A stretch of 64,000 nt of DNA from positions 128,001 through 192,000 of the forward strand of contig JBBILD010000003.1 in NCBI GenBank assembly GCA_037445065.1. The letters run 5' to 3'. Each line of letters begins with the position of its first letter. Position 1 is the first letter of the stretch. Shown piece after piece: positions 59,532-64,000 of this stretch. The translations under genes were made by a program, and so were the position numbers. The DNA comes from Myxococcales bacterium. Its GTDB lineage: Bacteria; Desulfobacterota; Binatia; HRBIN30. The notes under the pieces were generated by a model. It searched no databases. It saw only the letters and a list, made by a program, of their open reading frames with translations, and was not told where the DNA came from.

Positions 59532-62500
59532 ATGAGCGAAAGACGCAGGCTTCGCCGGTTCGTGATTGCTGCGGCAACTGCGGCTCTCCTCGCTCTGGCA
59601 GTGCTCGTCTTGTTTTCGTCCCTGCGCGGGTACTTGGAGCGGCGGGTAGCAGATTGGGTGCGAGAGGTGCTGCCCCGTAGTTGCGCGGTTCGCATCCTGC
59701 GCCTGAGCATGATTCCTCCGCAGGTTGGAGCTGGCGGCGTAAAGTGTGGCGGTCCGTTCTTGGAGGCCGAGGAACTTCAAGTGTGGTTGGATGTTGCCTC
59801 ATCGTTGAGGAACCGAGAACTGCGGTTCTTTGTGCGCGCCCACGGTGTTCTGCTCGACTGGCGCCTCGAGGGAGCGGAGGATCAGTCAGCGGGGGAAGTC
59901 GAGATAGCTGGTGAGGCGTGGGGGTTTCCGATTGTGGCCTCATTCGAGGTGGAAGGGTTAGCGATGCGGTTACCTTATCCCGGACTGCTCGATGTCGACC
60001 TCTCCGCGCAACGGGCCGAAGGATGGATTCGAGTACGTCCCCGATGGGATCGGGGCGAGATGCAGTTGGCGGCGCGTTTTGTTCGCTGGCAGCGCGGGAA
60101 CGCGGGGATAAACGCCCGAGAGCTGGATGCAAAGGTTCAATGGAACATGGTTGCCGTGCAGCTGGAGCAGTTGCGTGTGCAGGGCGACGCGTTCTCGATT
60201 GCTGCTCAGTGGGACGGCGTAGAAAAGACCCTCTTCCGGTTGCATGTCCCAGTTTTGTTTGTCGGGGCGTTCTTAAACCTTCCTGAGGATTTCGGGGGCG
60301 AATTGGAGGCAGAGGGAAGTCTCGAGGGAAGCTTGTTGGATCCCCGTGTCGAGGCCGTCGTGATGCTTCGCAATGGTGTTTACCGAAATCGAGCGCTGGA
60401 TCAATTTTCGACCGTTCTTCTGCGGGCAGGGGGCTTGGTCTCGCTCGAGCGCGCTCGCGGCCGCTTTGGTGAAGGCGACTTGAGTGGGGAAGTGCTGTTT
60501 TCCTTGACGGAACCACCGTGGATGCAGGTGGCCCTCAGTTTTCGTTGTGGGCACACAACGGAGTGTGAAGGGATCCAGTTGCTCGGTAGGACGGGGCCAG
60601 TGGTTCGACCCGTGGCAGGGGAACTTCTTGCGGTGGGCACCCTCGACCCTCTCGGCGTCGAGTGGAGTGCCGGTGGGGAGGTTTCTCTGGGTGATAGAGG
60701 GGAAGGCCAGTCGTACAACCTGACATGGGGAGCCGACGGTCACCTGGACTCGGACGGTGTCGCGGCAGGCGGAACGTTGAGGGGCGAATCCCTTGGAACA
60801 CTGGGATTTCAGGCTCACTGGCGCGATAACGAGGTAGCTTTGTTTGGAGAAATCGAAACCGAACAAGTGAGAAATCTGATCGCCGTGTTCGGGGCTCGTC
60901 CGGCGCTTCCGGCAATCGAGGGGCGATGGAAAGTGGTTGGGCAGGCTGAGGGGCCAATGTCTGCCTTGGCTTGGCGGGCGCACCTGCTCGCATCCTCTGT
61001 ACGTGTCGGGCAGCAGGTAATGGAGAGTTTGCGCTGCAAAGCCTCTGGGCTCGGGAGATCCTGGAAAGTCGAGGAGTGCGACTTTCTGCAGGACAGTGAC
61101 AAACGACTCCAGCTGAGCCTGGTAGCGGCGGACAACTGGACCGAACGCATCCGGATGCGTGCGAGAGCAAACGCCTTTTCCTTGGATTTCGTTTGGCCGT
61201 TAGTTGGTTCCGTCGTGCCTTTGGGAAACCTGGTTTCAGGCGGCGTTGTCACGGGTGCGTGGGAGTGGCCGCCAGCGCGAGAGAATCGGATCACGATCGG
61301 GTCTTTGCGTCTCTTAGGAGAGCCGATCCGCGAAGCCCAAATCGTGTTAGGCCCGCTCGGAACATTGGGGCAGCAGGTGCATGCCGAAATCGAACTCTTG
61401 GAAGCTGGCAAGATTGTGCTCAGCGGCCAGATACTCGCGGATAGAGATGGGAGGTTGGAAATCAAAAGCGACGCGTTGGACGTGTCGCGCTTGCGACTTG
61501 CGCGTGATTGGCAAGTGGCAGGACGCGCGGAAGTGACTGGCGAAATGGACATGCAGTGGCCTCCGGAGCACGGTGCGTTCCGCTTCTTGATCCAAGGGGC
61601 CGGTTGGCGCGGTTGGGAGCTGGGAGAGGTAGATGCCGGGGTCACAATCGGGGAGAGAGAATGGAGGCTGGAAGCGAAGGCACTCGAGGGGCAGGTCGTC
61701 CTGAGCAGTACTGTGCAGCCCGGTGGGCCGCTGCCCTTCGATTTAGGTGTCAGGCTGAACGTGAGTCGGATTGTAGCCTTGGAGCGTCGAGGCTTGAGTG
61801 TGGCGTTACGAGGCGGGGCCTCGCTTCGGGGACAACTCGCACCGTGGGAGGTGCAACGCGGTGAATTAGAGTTCACGAACTGTGAGTTACGGAGGGGGTT
61901 TTTTACGATCCGGCTCAGTCAGCCGTTCGTAGCGCGGTTCGACGAAAAAGAAATCGCGGTTCCGACAGTGAATTTCGAATTGCCGAGCGGCCGGGCGAGC
62001 TTTTCTGCGTTTCGCTCAGGTAGAAACCGCTGGGAGGCGAAGCTCCGTGCAGATGCGGACATTTCGTGGATTTCCGGCGTATTTGCGGAGGGCCTGGCAG
62101 TTGGGGGACACGTCACGATCGCAGTGGATCTTGAGCGTGACGAAGGAGGTGACTGGCGGAGCAGCGGGGAAGCTCGACTCGTACAAGGCAGCTTCGAGCG
62201 AGATGGAATGCCCGCCATTAATGATGCGGCAGTGTTTGTAAGGCTAGAAGAAACGCAGGTTCCGCAACTACGCGCATCCGGGAACCTAGGCCGGGGTAGA
62301 TTCGATATTCATGGCCGGGCCGATTTGAACGACGGTCCTGCGCTCGTTTGGGAGATCCACGACGTGGAACTAGAAGATCTAGCTGGATGGGAGGCCGTGC
62401 TTGAGGGTCGCGGAACGCTGAACGGTGGTTGGGACAGTCTGGTTTGGAGTGGTGACCTGGTGATCGAGCGAGCCGAGTACAGAGCAGATGTGGGCTTGCT

Positions 62501-63350
62501 GGACTTACTCGCGTGGCTTCGTGAGCGGTGGTTTGTGAGGCAACAACCCCCCATTCGGGCGGCTGAGTCAGTACCGCTGGCAATCGATCTTAAGGTGTAT
62601 TCCAGTGGCGGGGTGGCGATCCGGAATAACATTGCAGACGTTGAGCTTTGGGTGGACACGTGGTTGCGTGGGCCGGTTGCGGCTCCTCAACTGGGCGGTC
62701 GAATCGGAGTGCTTGGCGGCCAAGTGAGCTTTCAAGGTCGCTCGCTGGAGATCACGCAGGGAGTAATCGAGTTCTTGGACCCAAATAAGCCGGACCCTTG
62801 GATTCACATCGTGGCCGAAACCGAGGTGAGGTCCGGGACGAACGACTACTGGGTCACAGTGACTGTCGAGGGTCCGTCCAGTGCCGTAGCCGTACGGCTG
62901 GCGGCCGACGATCCCTCCTTGGCTGAAGACGACATCCTATCTTTGCTGCTTTTCGGGCGCCCGCGCGCTGAGTTACAGGCTGGCGCAGCAGGGGTGAGCC
63001 CGTTGGGCATGGCGATTCGGCTGGTGCCCGCGAGCTTGATCGAGCGCCCGATAACGGAGTTTCTCGGAGTCGATCGCTTCGAAGTGTCTGCAGCCCCCGG
63101 ACGGGACACTTCGGCGCTCGAGCCGCGCTTGACCGTCGGCAAGGCAATTACGGAGGAGTTGCTGGCTTCCGTGGTTTCAACGGTGGGCTTTCAGAGCCGG
63201 CAGTCAGTTCAGCTCGAATACCGGCTCGCCCGCCGTGTGTCGCTTCTGGGATCTTGGGAAAGCGGGACGACTGAAGCCGCGGGGGCTTTCGGAGTCGAGT
63301 TGAAGTTTCGCCTCGAGTCTTATCGAGTGCCGTTCTCGGTGTGCCAGTGA
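59532..63350 (+). CDS. tamB: Translocation/assembly module TamB-like protein
   Basis: N-terminal TM anchor, long beta-rich body and C-terminal DUF490-like DP...L.EDDILSLLLFG...LTVGK. Lies upstream of a POTRA gene. Confidence 0.8.
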   Translation: MSERRRLRRFVIAAATAALLALAVLVLFSSLRGYLERRVADWVREVLPRSCAVRILRLSMIPPQVGAGGVKCGGPFLEAEELQVWLDVASSLRNRELRFFVRAHGVLLDWRLEGAEDQSAGEVEIAGEAWGFPIVASFEVEGLAMRLPYPGLLDVDLSAQRAEGWIRVRPRWDRGEMQLAARFVRWQRGNAGINARELDAKVQWNMVAVQLEQLRVQGDAFSIAAQWDGVEKTLFRLHVPVLFVGAFLNLPEDFGGELEAEGSLEGSLLDPRVEAVVMLRNGVYRNRALDQFSTVLLRAGGLVSLERARGRFGEGDLSGEVLFSLTEPPWMQVALSFRCGHTTECEGIQLLGRTGPVVRPVAGELLAVGTLDPLGVEWSAGGEVSLGDRGEGQSYNLTWGADGHLDSDGVAAGGTLRGESLGTLGFQAHWRDNEVALFGEIETEQVRNLIAVFGARPALPAIEGRWKVVGQAEGPMSALAWRAHLLASSVRVGQQVMESLRCKASGLGRSWKVEECDFLQDSDKRLQLSLVAADNWTERIRMRARANAFSLDFVWPLVGSVVPLGNLVSGGVVTGAWEWPPARENRITIGSLRLLGEPIREAQIVLGPLGTLGQQVHAEIELLEAGKIVLSGQILADRDGRLEIKSDALDVSRLRLARDWQVAGRAEVTGEMDMQWPPEHGAFRFLIQGAGWRGWELGEVDAGVTIGEREWRLEAKALEGQVVLSSTVQPGGPLPFDLGVRLNVSRIVALERRGLSVALRGGASLRGQLAPWEVQRGELEFTNCELRRGFFTIRLSQPFVARFDEKEIAVPTVNFELPSGRASFSAFRSGRNRWEAKLRADADISWISGVFAEGLAVGGHVTIAVDLERDEGGDWRSSGEARLVQGSFERDGMPAINDAAVFVRLEETQVPQLRASGNLGRGRFDIHGRADLNDGPALVWEIHDVELEDLAGWEAVLEGRGTLNGGWDSLVWSGDLVIERAEYRADVGLLDLLAWLRERWFVRQQPPIRAAESVPLAIDLKVYSSGGVAIRNNIADVELWVDTWLRGPVAAPQLGGRIGVLGGQVSFQGRSLEITQGVIEFLDPNKPDPWIHIVAETEVRSGTNDYWVTVTVEGPSSAVAVRLAADDPSLAEDDILSLLLFGRPRAELQAGAAGVSPLGMAIRLVPASLIERPITEFLGVDRFEVSAAPGRDTSALEPRLTVGKAITEELLASVVSTVGFQSRQSVQLEYRLARRVSLLGSWESGTTEAAGAFGVELKFRLESYRVPFSVCQ

Positions 63351-64000
63351 GAGTCTTGGTGAGGCGGCCTCAGTCACTGCGCAACGACGCAGCGTCGCAG
63401 GCATGCTTTCTAGGGCTGATCCTGCTGGTGATCGCCCCCCATGTTGTGCGAGCAGCAGAGCCGATCGAGTCCGTGAGAGTCGAGGGAGTGCAGAGCTGGG
63501 AGCGACGTGATGTTGTGGATCGTTTGGGGACCTTACGGCGCCAAGGATGGGAAACTGGAATGGAGCAAGCCTGGCGCGATGCCCTGCTGGCGAGCGGCGT
63601 TTATCAGGACGTAGAAGTTCAAGCCCGCGAGGGAGTGAGAGGCATTGAGGTTGTGGTGTCCGTGCGCAAGCGGCAGCGAATCTCCGCCGTCGAGTTTGAG
63701 GGAAACCGCGCTTTAAGGACGAGTCGTTTGCAGCGCTCTGTTCGATTGCTGGAGGGGCAGGCGCCGGACCAAAAGATCTTGGAGGCAGGGCGAGCCCGCA
63801 TCTTGAAACTATACGCGGATGAAGGTTTTCCTGCCACCGCGGTGCAATTCCGCTTCGAACCGGTTGATGCCAATTTACTAAAAGTTCGTGTGAAAGTTGA
63901 CGAGGGACCTCAAGAACGAATCGCCTCGATCCACTGGATCGGGGACTGGCCGGGTACTCACACACAGTTGCAAGCATGGAGCGGACTCGAGCGAGGGCAG
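63347..64000 (+). CDS. Omp85 family (BamA/TamA-like) protein, N-terminal POTRA domains (runs off the window end)
   Basis: Not in the ORF track. Manual translation gives ...LLASGVYQDVEV...RISAVEFEGNRAL...ILKLYADEGF...VKVDEGPQERIASI. GTGA overlap with the tamB stop. Confidence 0.8.
   Translation, partial: MRVLVRRPQSLRNDAASQACFLGLILLVIAPHVVRAAEPIESVRVEGVQSWERRDVVDRLGTLRRQGWETGMEQAWRDALLASGVYQDVEVQAREGVRGIEVVVSVRKRQRISAVEFEGNRALRTSRLQRSVRLLEGQAPDQKILEAGRARILKLYADEGFPATAVQFRFEPVDANLLKVRVKVDEGPQERIASIHWIGDWPGTHTQLQAWSGLERGQ

Overview
GC-rich bacterial chromosomal segment, mostly intact housekeeping genes. It probably comes from Candidatus Binatia or a related deltaproteobacteria-like lineage; this is inferred from CxGDCNGD dockerin-like and myxococcal-type Cys-rich domains. 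Genes include acs, cysS, gap, gpmA, pgm, glk, pgsA, gltX, hisC/hisI/hisG, cysE, gloB, lpxD, a ClC antiporter, MATE and MFS transporters, a GldA/F/G-like ABC operon with DUF4340, DegP, TamB and a BamA/TamA-like gene. There are four tRNA genes: Arg-ACG, Arg-UCG, Glu-CUC and Gln-CUG. The accessory part (about 23.5-39.5 kb) holds an aromatic-rich type IV pilin, a large Cys-rich secreted protein and a heme-uptake operon behind a Fur box. The operon begins with a 70-aa zinc-ribbon gene resembling phage Mu Com. Immediately after it is a short leader with tandem GARNNCA repeats and two mutually exclusive RNA helices, one of which hides the Shine-Dalgarno and start codon of the next gene. Then come two paralogous secreted proteins of unknown function, a TonB-dependent receptor, tonB, hmuTUV and hmuS. 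The best candidate for an undescribed system is this Com-like translational switch on a heme-acquisition operon that may also encode a new hemophore-like family. The receptor and hmuS each appear to carry a frameshift, and a YVTN beta-propeller pseudogene remnant follows. Many predicted sigma70 promoters lack the canonical T at -7. No integrase, transposase, CRISPR array or rRNA was recognised. All calls come from reading the sequence by eye; no database searches were run.
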